Made by a program: the position numbers and the translations under genes. A stretch of DNA of 64,000 nucleotides from Amoebophrya sp. A120 (Eukaryota; Protista; Dinoflagellata): contig CAJINV010000005.1 in assembly GCA_905178155.1 (NCBI GenBank), forward strand, positions 3,713,253 to 3,777,252, written 5' to 3'. Below the pieces are notes generated by a model that worked only from the letters and a program-made list of their open reading frames with translations, was not told the DNA's origin and searched no databases. Shown here one piece after another: positions 39,439-52,239 of the stretch. Each line of letters opens with the position of its first letter. Within the stretch, counting starts at the first letter, position 1.

Positions 39439-42400
39439 TCAGAAGGAGAAGCCACCACCAGACTGCAGTTTCCATTCTTTACATTTCGAAAGAAAGCTAT
39501 GCGTCACTTTCAACATTCTTGACTCACAAAAAATCAATTCCCCTTCCATACAGACTTCCAAATAGAACTGCGAGTCGCTCCCCCCCGCCGGGTCGCCGGA
39601 CAAACGGTCCAAGTAGCTGATTTTCGTGCGCGGCTCCTTCACGGTGTACGCCCAAATGTCCGAGGAACTGAACGGCCGCAGACTGAGCGGCGGCACCGCG
39701 GCACTCGACGCTGCACCAGCGCCACCCGTAGTTGCGGCCGCCCCGCCACCAGCTGCCGCAGCACTCGCCCCCGCGTTCAACTGCGCGATGGTCTTTTCAA
39801 AAAAACCCAAACTGGGTCCCGTGTGGCGCAGGTTCAGCCGCCCGCGCTCGGCCTCCGCGAGCAGGAGACCCGCCCCGGCCTCGCCAAACTGGTTGCCTTC
39901 GAGGTCTAGGGTGAGAAAATGCTGGTCCCTTGCGCGGCCCTTGTCGCGGATAGCGGCGGCGAGTTCCAGGAGTTCTTGCTGCGTCACAATGCCATTCTGC
40001 CGCAGGGAGACGGTGTGCAAACTGTCATTAATTATTTCGATCCATAGATTGTTTTGACGCTACAATTTTTCCTCCTCGGCTTAGAAATTCAAATGAACAT
40101 AACCATGTATGCTTACTTTCACGCATCTCGGGTACAGATGAACGTCGAGAAATCTATAATATGCAATGGCGTTCATCTTCATCTGAAGTATTTCATCCGA
40201 TTCCGAATCCGAGAAAAAATGAGACTACGGCGGTTCATAATACGAATTGCTGCATCATTTATACACTGAATTGGGATTTTTCGCGAAGTGTCGGGCGATG
40301 TGCGTCCCCGCGCCCGCGCAACAGTTGTCGGAGAAGTCCAAGACCTCCAACACCGTCGGCTCCTCTCCGGCAAGCATGTTCATGAGACTCTGTACCCCCA
40401 CCGCAGAGATGGCGTTGCTGCCCAGCAGCAGTGCGCGCAGCGCCGGACTGGTCGCCTGCACGCCTCCCCGCGCTTCCCACTCCGCCAGGCAGGTGTCGGT
40501 GAGGCAGTTGCCGGTGAGGTCCAGGTACTCCAGCGTTTTCGTGGCCAATATGACCTGCAGGGCGCCCTTGTCAAAGCACTTCACGTTTCGCAGCGACAAA
40601 AACCGCAGGCTGTCTGTATCAGAGTAGAAAACTTCCCCCCCATGTGTCATGCTTAACCGACTTTTATTCCTTTTGGCACCTTTATTCATCCATGACAGAT
40701 TTCGGAAGGGGCCCAACCTACAGTACTGCAGCTCGCGCACGATGAATCCGTCATGCACAGAGTGCAGGTGTGCAGCTCGTGCCGGCGCTTTTACTTTTAG
40801 TTCAACTGCTGTCCATGGCATATACATGCGAAGGAAGGGAGCGACGAGTTGTGCACTCTGATAGGTCGGGGTCTGCATTTCGGACACAAACCGGTGGATC
40901 GCCTGCACCGGGTCTTTCAGTTTGCCGTGCAACACCAGGTATTCGCACAGGGAGGCGTAGAGAAAGCAGGTGTTCGACGACATGGCATCACTTTCCCAGT
41001 CGACGACTGTTTTCTCGTCCGCTTTTCGCGGGAGAAACAAGTACTCCACGCCAAACACCTTGCGCTTGTTCCGTTCCAGCGCCATCTGCTGCTCGCCGGT
41101 GGCGTCGTACCCTGCCAACTCGCTGAAAATTCGCCGCTCCTCCTTCGGTTTTTTGGAGCTCGAGCTGCTGCCCCCGACCGACGCGGTCCCGGCGCCCCCC
41201 GCGGAGCCCCCGAGTTTCTGGTTGATACCGGACTGCGCGACCGAGGGGGTTTGCGGTTTGCTGCCGTTTGTGGGGGAAGCGTTGCTGGCGTCTTGCTGCT
41301 GCTCCGCCACGCTCGCCGGCATCATGGTGCCGTCGGACTGCGCGGGCTTCTCGCTCAGCCCGCCCTTGGATTTCAGCTTTTGAACGAAGAACTTCTGGCC
41401 ACGAGGGTTTTGCCGGACGTACCGGACCAAAACCTCCTGCTCCGCGGGACCGAGCGTCGGCAGGGACTTTTTTCTCTTCGAGGGGGAGGACGGGTACTGG
41501 TATGCAATTGTCGTCGTCGCAACCGTCTTGTCCGAACTGGAGGCGAAAATGCTGTCCTTTTCGTCCGCGTCGGAACCGTCGGCACTGTTTCGGACCCGCA
41601 CGGCCCCGCCCTTCCCGTCCGTTTCCGCGGAAAACAAACTTGGTTCCGGCTCGCTCATGTACGGGCTGGCGAAGTACTGCACTTTGATCTTCGCCTTCTT
41701 CTCGATGGCGATCTGCAGCGTCTCCAGCACCCGCCACGCGTGGGCGGAGGTGAGGGTGATTTGCGACAGGTCCCAGACGGAGTTCGTCATCAGCCGGGGC
41801 ATCGCGTATCCTATGTAAAAACGTCCCAAGCTCCAAGGTCAAGATGGCGAATCGGCTAGACAAATCCACAAGTTTTGGCTGTCTTCCATGACAAATTTGG
41901 ACTCGTAGTGTAGTGCTGTTTGAGCTACCTCAGCAGCATCGCAGATCTCGTATATCATGCTGATTGGAGCATGACAAATTGCAAAACACGAATAGAAAAT
42001 GCTTCTCATGGGGCTCCGCATGAGAAACATTTTCAGCATGCAGATTTGCATTACAACTATGGGGTCGTGGGAACGTTTTTAAATACGATATCGCGTAGAA
42101 CTGGTTTTCCACGAAATTCGTGTCCACCCGCCGCTGGAAACGCTCCGCCATGTCTGCGAGGGAGACGAAGCCTCGGTCGTGCTCGAGGTGAAGGAGAAAG
42201 GGGACGATCTGGATTTTTTTTTCGCAATTTTCTTTATCTTTATTCGCATGCTTGAAAAATCTTGCACTACTACAAGAACGCAAAAAAAAAAAATCGCAAA
42301 TTTTCTCTTAAAGTTCGACGATAACAGGGATAGGGAAAAATAAGATGAAGTCATCAACAAAAAAGCAAAGTGAATGAAATACCTCGTCCAGCATAGAGAA

Positions 42401-44584
42401 ATGGGATTCCGCAGCGTACGTGTCTTTCGTCATCACTGCCTGCGCCAGCGCATATCTCAACCCCCGAATCGTTACGCCGTCCTCTGGTAAACCGAACTCC
42501 ACCCACTTGCGCCACCAGTCATAGAAATAAGCATAGCTGCCATTCAACCCGATCCCGTTCCGGAAAATCACCTTGTGCAACCTCCCTGATTTGCCCTTCT
42601 TCGGCGTTTTTGCAGACGCGCCGCCAGCTCTGGATGGCGAAGAGGAACCCCCTCTCGACGGACTCGGCGAAGCCGACTTGCTTTTCTTCTTTTTTTTCGC
42701 CGATGAGGGGGAAGTATTGTTGTTATTTCCGTCCTCATCGTCTTCTCCGGGTGGAGGCGGGGCGATTACCAGCTCTTCCTGCTCCATACTGGCGTAGTCC
42801 TGTTCGAGCTGGTTGATCCGTTCCTCCAAATTTGCCGTTTCCAACCCGACCGACTCGATCCGAGAAACCACGTCCTTGGCCAAGACCGTGTCACCACCAG
42901 AAAGTTTTTTCGGAGACGAAACGAGGTAAATGTCGGGCGAGGCCGAAGAGGCGTAGTTTTGCCCGGTACCTGTAGTATTCTTCGTCTCGTCGTCGTTCCC
43001 AAAAACATCAACGGTTGTCTCTTCCGCGCTCGTCACCGGTATCTCGGGCAGCAAGTACGCTTTCGCGCCCACACACTTCCTTGACGGGGACGAAAAATCC
43101 ACTTCCTTTTCCTCGCCCGCAAAGAGTGTTGAGTCTGGTTTCCGCGGTGCTGGCGCTTGCTCCGGCGTCACTGCCTCCAGCAGCTTCACCAGCAAGCGGC
43201 CCAACGCCCACCGCTGCGCCTTCGCGAGCGTCTTCTTGTCCTTCGGCGGAGCGTCGTCGTCTAGAGCGGTCGTGCCCGTGGGGGAAGAAATTTGGTTGTT
43301 TGGTTCGTCGTCCCCTTGTTCACCCCCTGCCTTCATGGTTGAACTGTTGAACATTTCCGGTGCGCGTTTTTTCGCCTGCGAGCGGATGATTTCTGGGACG
43401 AGGAAGTGCCCGAGCTCGCGGATTTTGTAGAGCTGGACGTCCACCCACCGCATCTGGCCCTTATCGAACAGCTCGGGCAATCCGAACTGCTTAAAAAACA
43501 ACGGCAGTTTCGACAGAAACAGCTGCGGGAGCTGTACCTTGTACTGCTTCCGGCACACCGCGGACAAGTACAAGTTTTCGCACTCCAAGAATGTCACTTG
43601 CAGTTTGTGCTCTCGGTAGTGGTTCATCCCCAAGCGGCGCTGCGGGTGCTGCGGGTCCACGTTATCCTCGTCCGTGAAGTTTCTCGCCTTCGCCTGCAGC
43701 ATATGACAGTGCACAACTCCCCCTCCCCCTCATTTGTCATGTAAAATCCCAAATCCAGGCACTGCCTTGTGGCACTGTTTGCATGACAAATTTCGCACCC
43801 TCAAACAGTACTACAATCCGGGGGCTGAAGATTTGTCATGCGGAAGCCACATTTCTGGCGTTGCTTGTGTTGCTGCTCATGCCATTCAAATGAGGGGGAG
43901 GGGGAGTTGTGCACTCTCATACAGCAGGTTCCCCTCGTTGTCCTCGCTGTAGTTGCCCCTGCAGAGCCAGATGTTCTCGGGCCGGAGGTCCAGCATGCAG
44001 AACCCCTTCGCCTCGAGTTCGAGAATGGCATCAAAAACCGCGTGCACGATCTGCACCAGCCGGAACGCGGACAGCTGCTGCCCGCGGCTCCCGGGGGGCC
44101 CCTCCATCTCCCGGGCGAGCGTGCGCGCGCCGGGGGGCAGGGCCTTGTAGATCGCGACGAGAAGGTTGTTGTCCTGAAGCGCGACGTGCTCCAGCGTCGG
44201 CAAGGCGCGCAAGCCGGACAGACTGCGGAGCACGTAAAATTCCCGCATTGTCAACTCCGCATCGACGGGGTTGACCTGTGGGGATTTGTAAGGTGTAGAA
44301 GTGCTGCAATATTCACCGTGCATTTGACGCTCACACAGAATTCTTGCTCAATGTCAGTCATTCGTAAAATAAAACTGTACCCAGATAAATCGAAGCCATT
44401 TTCGCTCGCCGCTATACACGTCGACCGTTTCTAATATGGCGTGCCGGTGCGGAAACGCGGTGACGACGTTTTTCACCAGGAACCGCCCGTCGTAGGTTTT
44501 GTACTGCACGGAGTTGCAAAATTTCTCGTAGTCCCGCGTCTCCGAGAAGGTTTTCACTGCCAGAAGAATCTCCGAAGCTGCCAT
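39439..44584 (-). CDS. Large multi-exon protein with a degenerate kinase-like N-terminal segment and C-terminal RNI-like leucine-rich repeats; 3' end uncertain
   Basis: MLDLRPENI (catalytic-loop-like); LRRs LEYLDLTGNCL, LRALLLGSNAI, LEVLDFSDNC, LHTVSLRQNGI, LTLDLEGNQFG; the ORFs join in frame across three TIR elements and GT-AG introns. Confidence 0.75.
40617..40863. mobile_element. Family B introner hidden in frame and stop-free inside ORF 40255-41829
   Basis: TIR tatcagagtagaaaact / agttgtgcactctgata; three CATGAC-type motifs; 247+5 = 252 nt = 84 codons; weak direct repeat GTCTG/GGTCG. Confidence 0.72.
41807..42090. mobile_element. TIR introner, family D; direct repeat TCGCG
   Basis: TIR tatcctatgtaaaaacgt / acgtttttaaatacgata; perfect TCGCG at 41802-41806 and 42091-42095; removing 289 nt gives NQFYA|MPRL. 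Confidence 0.9.
43702..43921. mobile_element. TIR introner, family B; direct repeat CAGCA
   Basis: ~35-bp near-perfect TIRs TATGA(C/G)AGTGCACAACTCCCCCTCCCCCTCATTTG; perfect CAGCA; removing 225 nt gives GNLL|QAKAR. Confidence 0.93.
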
Positions 44585-45427
44585 GATTGCGCTGATTTTT
44601 CCTTGCTGGTTGTGGCTGAGTAGACTGGAGGCGTGAATTTCGTGTATGAACTTAATGTATGGCAGCTTTTCGAAGTAGTTCTCGGAAAATAAGTATTGAA
44701 AATGAACAACCTAGTCAACTAACAGCTTGGGCCTCCAGCTGTTGTACCCGTACGGAGGAGCAACAATCCGCCCCACTGCACGCCTCCGGTCCTCCACGCG
44801 CGACGAGGAAAGACTTCGAAAGAAAAGAGGGCAGCGAAGGGCGAAGAGCTGACACTCTCACGATTTGTAGTTTCCCTCTCGCTCTCGTTTTTGGTGGGTA
44901 CCGTCGAGTCTCCTTCGAGGTTCGCTCAAAGTTAGGACTTCTAGGGTACCTAGTCGCGAACGAAGAGGACAAAGCGAAAAAAGTAAAACCAGGTTGAGCG
45001 ACAAAAATTCCAAAAGAAAAAACACGTTTATCCTTGATGTGGGCGCGCCAAGTCTGTGTCTGCCACTCAGCACGAGCCCATGACCAGAATCTCGCTCTAA
45101 CACTGAAGCACATGGCTGCAGGTCGTCGCGTCATGTCATGCCAAGAAAAAAATCAAAAAAATTACAATGAATTGCAGTCACTCACGGTGAGCGGTTCCCA
45201 ATTGGCATCATGTTGAATGCAGCTCGTCCGCGGCACGTTAACGTTACCATATCAGCTGCACAAAAGACCTCGAATAGAGCAGGCGCTCATTCTTCGCTTG
45301 AAGTTTTACGTGGAAAAGAGGAAAGCAACCAACTCACTCTAGCGATGCCGATCCAAAAAATATAAGTTCCTACTTTTAGGCCTTTTAACGATCTAAAAAA
45401 GATTGATTTTGATGTTTATTTTTTGCA

Positions 45428-46765
45428 CTATTTCAACTCCCGGATAAACTTCCGAATGCGGTCGTGTGCTTCTTTTACTTCTTTCCTGTTCGTCAGCCAG
45501 GTCATCATCGTGAAATCGATGCCGTTCAGAAACATGAAGTTGTGTACCCCGTTTTCCGCGGTATAGAGAGTTGCGTTCACCCCGTGCTCTTTCAAATCAT
45601 CGTACAGCTGTTTCCCTACATCGACAAGCAGGTCCTTCCCACCTAACGTCACCAAAACCGGGATGTCGGTCAGAGTTTGCGCGAACATTTTCGGGTCGAT
45701 CTTCGCGTGCCGGTGGTTCGACTCGTAGTTATCCTTTGCGGACGCAGCTCCGTGGTACAGCCGCCTGCTGAGCTGAAACACTTCAGGCGTCAGGAAGTCC
45801 CGGTAGTAGTTTTTGTGGGGGGAAAGCGGCGCATGGTAGCTGTCGTACACCGGGCAGTGGAGCAGAAGCGCGTCGGGCATAGGATTTTTGGGCGTTGTGA
45901 GGTTGTTGCTCGAATTCGCGTTTGCACTTGCACTTGTCCCCCGCCCGTCCTCCTGGGACAGAACATTAGCATTTTTCATGTCCATCGCCGCGCACAGCAC
46001 GATATTGGCTCCGACGGAATCCCCGGACAGCACGATTTTCGCGGTCGGGTTCTTTGCCTTCAGATCCAGAAACACCTTCCGCACTTCTTTCACTTGCAAC
46101 TCGTTCTCTACGCAGGCGTTTGGGTTCAATCCCGTCGTCGTGTACCGCACCATGGCCCAAATGGTCGCGTTGTCGCTTGATGAATCGTGGTCCTTGCTTT
46201 TATGCAAAACCAGCGACCCGATCGAGTACGCGTAAAACCTGCTCGGCATGCAGAACCGAAAGCCGCCGACCGCGTGGATGACAATCGTCTTCGCGGTCTC
46301 GATGGAGACACCCGTCGGGGAATACAGATCGTAGGTGACCGGGCCGATGTTCAAGTTCGTGAGCTGCTGGGTAAAAACGGTATGACTAGTTGCCACATCG
46401 ACGGTCGTTTTCATCTTTTCGACCTTCAGCACCCTCCTCCGACAGCAACTATTCAGTCTCGCCTGCAGGAAGCAGCCCAAACGCATGGTGTACCAGGGGA
46501 AGAGGACGTGGACTCGGGCGAGGGATAACGTGAAACTGACAAACGTGATGGAGAAGACCTGCCACAGGTTGCCCCGGTTGCACGCGAAGTCGGTGCATTT
46601 CCGGAAAATAGAGATAGGGATGGAGAAAACTAGCCCGAGGGGAATGAGCAGGCTCCACAGGGAAAAGGTCCAGAAACGGGTGAAAAACGACGCGTGATTC
46701 CAATTAGAGGAATCCCCCTCAGAAATGAGAGACGGCGCCGGAGGCGGGGCGGACGAAGACGACAT
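45428..46765 (-). CDS. Alpha/beta hydrolase of the GDXG/HSL lipase-esterase type with an N-terminal membrane anchor; intronless
   Basis: IHAVGGF (oxyanion region), nucleophile elbow SGDSVGAN, GGKDLL (Asp), NGVHNF (His). Confidence 0.88.
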   Translation of the reverse strand: MSSSSAPPPAPSLISEGDSSNWNHASFFTRFWTFSLWSLLIPLGLVFSIPISIFRKCTDFACNRGNLWQVFSITFVSFTLSLARVHVLFPWYTMRLGCFLQARLNSCCRRRVLKVEKMKTTVDVATSHTVFTQQLTNLNIGPVTYDLYSPTGVSIETAKTIVIHAVGGFRFCMPSRFYAYSIGSLVLHKSKDHDSSSDNATIWAMVRYTTTGLNPNACVENELQVKEVRKVFLDLKAKNPTAKIVLSGDSVGANIVLCAAMDMKNANVLSQEDGRGTSASANANSSNNLTTPKNPMPDALLLHCPVYDSYHAPLSPHKNYYRDFLTPEVFQLSRRLYHGAASAKDNYESNHRHAKIDPKMFAQTLTDIPVLVTLGGKDLLVDVGKQLYDDLKEHGVNATLYTAENGVHNFMFLNGIDFTMMTWLTNRKEVKEAHDRIRKFIRELK

Positions 46766-48307
46766 TGGTATTGGTTCAGTTGGTTTAATATTGCTTTTGT
46801 GGATTACAGCATGAGCATAAATCTAACAACCCAAACCCAATAGATACAGATAATGTAACGGGATGACACAATGCGAACTACACGCTCACTGCCCCCTAAG
46901 GCTAAGGCTTCACCTGTGCTATCTAATAAAGGAAAGTATCATTCTGTCGTAAGAAGCTAGAGGGTAATATTCTATTGACGCAGAGCACGGCTGGGCACCC
47001 ATACGCGTCGTAACACCGAGCGTTTTGTTTTCATAGTGGGAGAGATCCTTTTCTACTCTCGCTTCGACCAACTCATTTCTGCCTTGGCTCACGTCATGAT
47101 AATATTATCTCTCACTTACACAAGCACAACGAGTGGTGCACACGACATGTATTCTTCTTTTCGTCACTTTGGTCCTTTTTCCAAGGCCAAAAAACCTGAA
47201 ACTCCTTCATCCTTGTTGTGTTCTGTTGATCAGCTCTGGACCATCTCGCTTCAGCGCAATGTGCCCCCTCGACGAACACAAGAGACCGCTGTCCACTGCG
47301 CATGGTGTCTACCGCACACGTAGACGTCTACAAACTGCGGTCGTGCTTCCTTCTATAAATCAATGCGCTCTCTCTTTACAAAAAATCTTCGTTTTGGAAA
47401 TTTTCCGATTAGGATAAGCAGTTGAATGTGCAGATTGATGCTGATCCGAGAATTTGCATGACCTCGTAGACCAGATAAAAACGTCGTGTGTCGAGGGTTT
47501 CAGGAGCATAGTAGATGAAGCACTAGCTCAGAGTCGGAAGTTTCATTTTTTCCATAAAAGAATGAAAATGCGAGCGTTGTAGGAGATCCGATCATATTTT
47601 TTGTATTGATGTTGCAACCGCTTCGTGTAAGTAGAAAATCAAAACGAAAGCCATTTAGAAGACTCCAGTATAATAAATGAGCAGTCGCTCGCTGCAATGA
47701 ATACACATACAGAAGGTCGTGCACATGCTGACGTTTCATTACCAAGCAAGCACTCGATCGTGTGGAAGGGATGTCGATCTTTAAGCAATAGGCTTGTTCT
47801 AGTACTACTTTATCTGTGGTGGAGAGAGACTGTCAGAGAGGAATGCCTGCGAGAAATTACTCGGAACGACTCCTGCAGTGATGAATTTGAATCGTGAGAG
47901 TAGATCGGGGCCGAATCATAACGAAAGCCGAGAAACAGCCGCGCGCCTCAAGGATTTTGTGTTGTAAGTATTTCTACCTACTTTCAAACGTAAGCGTTGC
48001 AGAATCTACAGGAAGACCTCACTGCAAATCTATCTGGCGTAGCTTCCTCAGAAGCCGGTCACTTCGGTTGTATTGGAAGTTCTTAGCTGTACTTCGAAGG
48101 ACGTTCCTTGATGAGGCAGAAGCAGTTCCTTAACCCTAAGCGTAAGCCTAAACCGATATAAAGCAAGCAGAAGCCAGCCGGGTGCATCTTCATCATCATC
48201 GATCCTAGTACCTGCAGATTTAAAAAATCGTAAATATATTAAAGTGCAATTGATGTACTCGCTCTATTCCCCGAATGGAGGTAATGACAGAACCCCGCTC
48301 TCCTTGT

Positions 48308-51300
48308 TCAAAACTCCGGCCAATCGTACCAAATACGTTTGGACCCATCACCGTACTCCTCGCTGAACAAGTCCCAGCTTCCGCACGGCCACGCCAAAAA
48401 TTTTGTCTTCTTCGCCGAGTTTACTTCCGCTTGTTCCCCCGCCACGAAGTCCATCCGCTCCCCCGCATCCGCATCCAACAACGACAGGCAGCTATTCACG
48501 ATGGCGGTGTTCCGGGCCTGTATTCAAAGGAAATTTCCTGCACGCGCACAACTTTGAACGCGTCTTCTGCATGACAGAGAGTTTCTTTAATTCTATTCAG
48601 CATGGCAAGCGATGCGCTCCAGGGGTGCTCTAGATTTGTCACGCATTTTGCACGTGTGCAGGAAGTTTGTACTTATTGCATAACCTGGATCGGCAAGCCA
48701 CACAAACTCGCCCCACATTCGGTTATCTCACAGACCCATAGCTCCGGCTCCTTCATCGTCTCCTTGTTCCAGACCACATGGTAATCAAACCGCCCGTTGC
48801 TGGGACAGTTCAACTCCGGCCACTCACTGTGGTACCAGGTGAGCCACTTCCGCGTCAATTCCTTCGCCTGCTCCTCCATCTTGGCTTGAAGGATTCCGTC
48901 ACCACCCCAAATCGCTTCCAACGCCTGCTTCGGGGTCTGGTTGATGTGTCCCGTCATATCCAACCCCGCGTTGTTCACGTTCGACTCGATCCCCATGTAG
49001 GCGACCTTCATGTCAAAATCCCCGTTTCGCGTCAGGTCCATTTCCTTTTGGACGTTGTAGAAGTTGTGTTCCGCACAGTTTGAGATTTCCGCCGCGTCGT
49101 AGCCTGAAAGCTTAAATAAATGCTCCATGTCGCGTATCTGGTCCCGCAACTCTTGGATCTGTGCGTCAATGGAATTTACTTGTTTTTTTTTGTAGATGTC
49201 AAATACTTACAAAAGTTAAAAAGCTCATTTTACTCTGCTACTTTTTCAGAATTCATTGTATACGGAGTTCGCGTTTTTCGGAGCTCCTGGGTATTCGTAT
49301 TCATAAAGCAAATCACTAACGACCGCTGAGTCAAGGAAGACAGCAAATGTACGAAAACTATTGATCTTTACCTTTTTCTCTCCTGTCGAATAACTTTCCA
49401 TAACCGTGCCATCATCTTCTGCTGGCACCATCACGACATCGTCCTTTCCGATGTTCACTGCAACAGCATCCCGAGTCAACAGCTTTTCGTTTTCCTTCTC
49501 CAACACATCCAACTTCCGCTTCACGTCCACCAACGGCTTCTCCAACCTCTTCATCTCCCGCCGCTGCACAAAATCCGTCGGAACCACCGCGCGACTTTCC
49601 TTCGGCACCCCGAACGCGTGGATCCGCAGTTCCGCGATGCGGTCCGGCACCAACTCCTGCACGATCACCGACGTCGCAATCTGGCCCTTGTGGCAGCAGA
49701 TCATGGATTCCAACTTTTTCGCCAAATCCTCCGCCCCGTGCCACACTTTGACGTCTACGCCCATCCAGGAAAAACCGAGTTTCACCACACCGGACATCAT
49801 TTGGCTTTCTTCTTTGGTCGTTCCTTGGACAGCCTCGTCGTCAGGAGGAGGTAGGGGACTGTCGTGGGCTTGTTGGACGAGGATCTGCTCCCCTGCATCA
49901 CCCGCGGCACCCGAGTTGGTCGAGGCGGGGGATTCATCACTGGTTGTACTGTCAGAGTTCAGAGTGACGACCGGCTCCAGCTGCTTCACTAGAGAAATAC
50001 AACCCTTCTTGTAGCTCATCTTCTTCGCCTGATCTACTTCACCAACCAGCGGAACACTCGGCACTATCGGTTCATTTCCCCAGACGTTCTTCCGGATCAT
50101 TCGCAGTGCGTTGATGGCGTTTTTCGCGGCCTTCAGACTGTCCTTCTTGATACTGGTCGCGTACACCCGGGTGGTCGCCGGGGTTTTCAATTCCCGATTC
50201 TGGCACCCCGCGTTGTAGTACTGTTTCCCACACAGTTGCCGGTACAAATGCGAGGGCGCCGGGTACCGGGTATGAATCTCCGTGTTCTCCATTTGCCGCA
50301 TGAACTCGAAAAACACGGACTCCTTCACCATCCCAGCGTCACTTTTCGGGTGCCGGTTTTCCGGACCGAACTCCCGCTCCGCCGGCCACAAGTAGTACAG
50401 CCCGCACTTCGCCTTCCCGACGAGCAGATCAGCGAAGGGTCGACGCTTGCTGCAGCTCTTGGTCGTAGTGGAAGATGGATCATGCTGGTCAAGAACATGC
50501 TCCTGCAGCTGCGCCAGCTGCTGCATCTTCACGACGCTTGTTTGATGTAGTTGCTCCACCTTCTTCTTCTCCTCCGGCAAATGCAAAACGTGCTGTTGCA
50601 CGAAACTCGTCAAACACTCTTCGTCGAAGCAGAACAGTTCGTAACATTCAAAGCGATTCCCCACCGCCGCCTTCACCCCGGCCTGCTCGATCAACGAGTA
50701 AACCGGCCACTCCTGGGTGATTTTGTACTCGGACTTTCGCTTGTCAGACCAGTAATCGAACCAACGCAGGATGAACAGGCTGAGATCGATCTTGTTTTCC
50801 ACAGGAGCCAGTTGTTGCTTCTCGTCAACACGGATTTTGTTTCCGTCTTTCTCGGCTTTCCCGTTCAGGAGTTGCTGGTGGTCGACATCAACCATCTCAA
50901 CCTCGGTGGTCCCCGTTAATTCCACGGACTGCAACAGCTCGACATTCACCTGAAGGAGTGGGGGATACTAATAGATGCTATACGCATCTTGGTTGACACA
51001 CAACAGTCACTCACTGGCGTTTTTATTTGCCATCAAAAAGAAAAACAAAAAGCATATTGCAATCATGTTGAACAAAAGTTCTTTGGTATAAGAGACTAAA
51101 TTTGTGCAACACTATCTAGTACCTTATCGTACACCCGATACTGGAACTTTTCATCCACGTAGCCCGATCCCGCCTCCACGAAGCAATACTTTTCCGCCGG
51201 GACCACGACTAAACCCTTGACCACAGAGTCCGGAATCTCCGTGTTGCGCTCGTAGAGAAAGTCGACCACCTTGCCCTCAACCCAGCCGTGCGCGAGGCCC

Positions 51301-52239
51301 CAGATCGGACGCAGCATGTACTCGTGCTTGGTAGTAGTTTCCTGCTGGTCGACGGAAGTGGTTGCAGTGTCGGTGATATTAGCCTCGGCGGAAGCAGCTG
51401 TTTTCGGGTGCATACACATAGTATGAAACATGGTCATTTTGAATTAATTTGATGAACATCAACGTGCCCGCGAACACGTGCGTGCTTTATCAAAAGAAGA
51501 ATCAGAGTCAAAAAGCGTCCTACCATGATCATCTCTACTTAGACTTACCCTGATTGTCCTTGCGCCGGATTTTCAACTCCGGCTGCTCGAGTTGTTCCGA
51601 ATTACTATTCAAAGCGGCCGAAGGAGCTGCTCCGTCGTCACCGGCAGTTTTTGCAGTAGAAGTAGTCGTTTCCATCGCCACGACGGGGCGACCCCCGCCA
51701 CCGTTATTTGTCGTGATGGACATCGAAATTTCGACTCCCGCGACCTTCGCCGTCATGTTGGTGGTGGTAGAAGTTTGGTTCTGTTGTCCTCCCAGCAGGA
51801 GCTCTGGCGCTGCAACAAGCTGCACATTGGGAACGTTGTTCCCCCCGTTCGTGGTCACTGTGCCGGTCTGATCCACGGCACCAATACTCGGAACAACAAC
51901 CACCGCAGGAGCTCCATCGCTACTAGCTGCAGTAGCCGACCCTCCAGCATCCTGCATCTTTTTTCCCGCTCCCTTGGTCTTCGCCTTCACCTCTCTGTGT
52001 TCAAACTGGTGGTACGCCCGGTCGGCGAGGACGTAGCGCCAGACTTTGCTGTAGTGGCAGTCGTAAAAGAACGAGACTTTACTGCCGATTTGGTACTCGG
52101 AAAATTTGTCGTTGGTGACGTTCTTACCGACGGTTTCAGCATTGTCTTGCGCCAATTCTTGGATTGGTTGCTGATTCGGGACGGTCGCTGGCTGTGGGTC
52201 GGGGCCAACGCCGCCAATATTGTCCGTCACCGGCAGCAT
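48308..52239 (-). CDS. Multi-exon hypothetical protein with a possible ATP-grasp-like domain
   Basis: Five ORFs linked by GT-AG introns; motifs PATTRV, GVVKLGFSWMG, IVQELV..ELRI, RFDY and WVCEITE are ordered as in ATP-grasp folds (tentative). Confidence 0.6.
48521..48682. mobile_element. TIR introner whose direct repeat (GCCTG/ACCTG) supplies a canonical GT-AG
   Basis: Ends TATTCAA..AAATTTCCTGCAC / GTGCAGGAAGTTT..TTGCATA; minus strand CAG|GTTATG...ATACAG|GC, 167 nt, frame restored; internal GCATGACAG. Confidence 0.85.
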
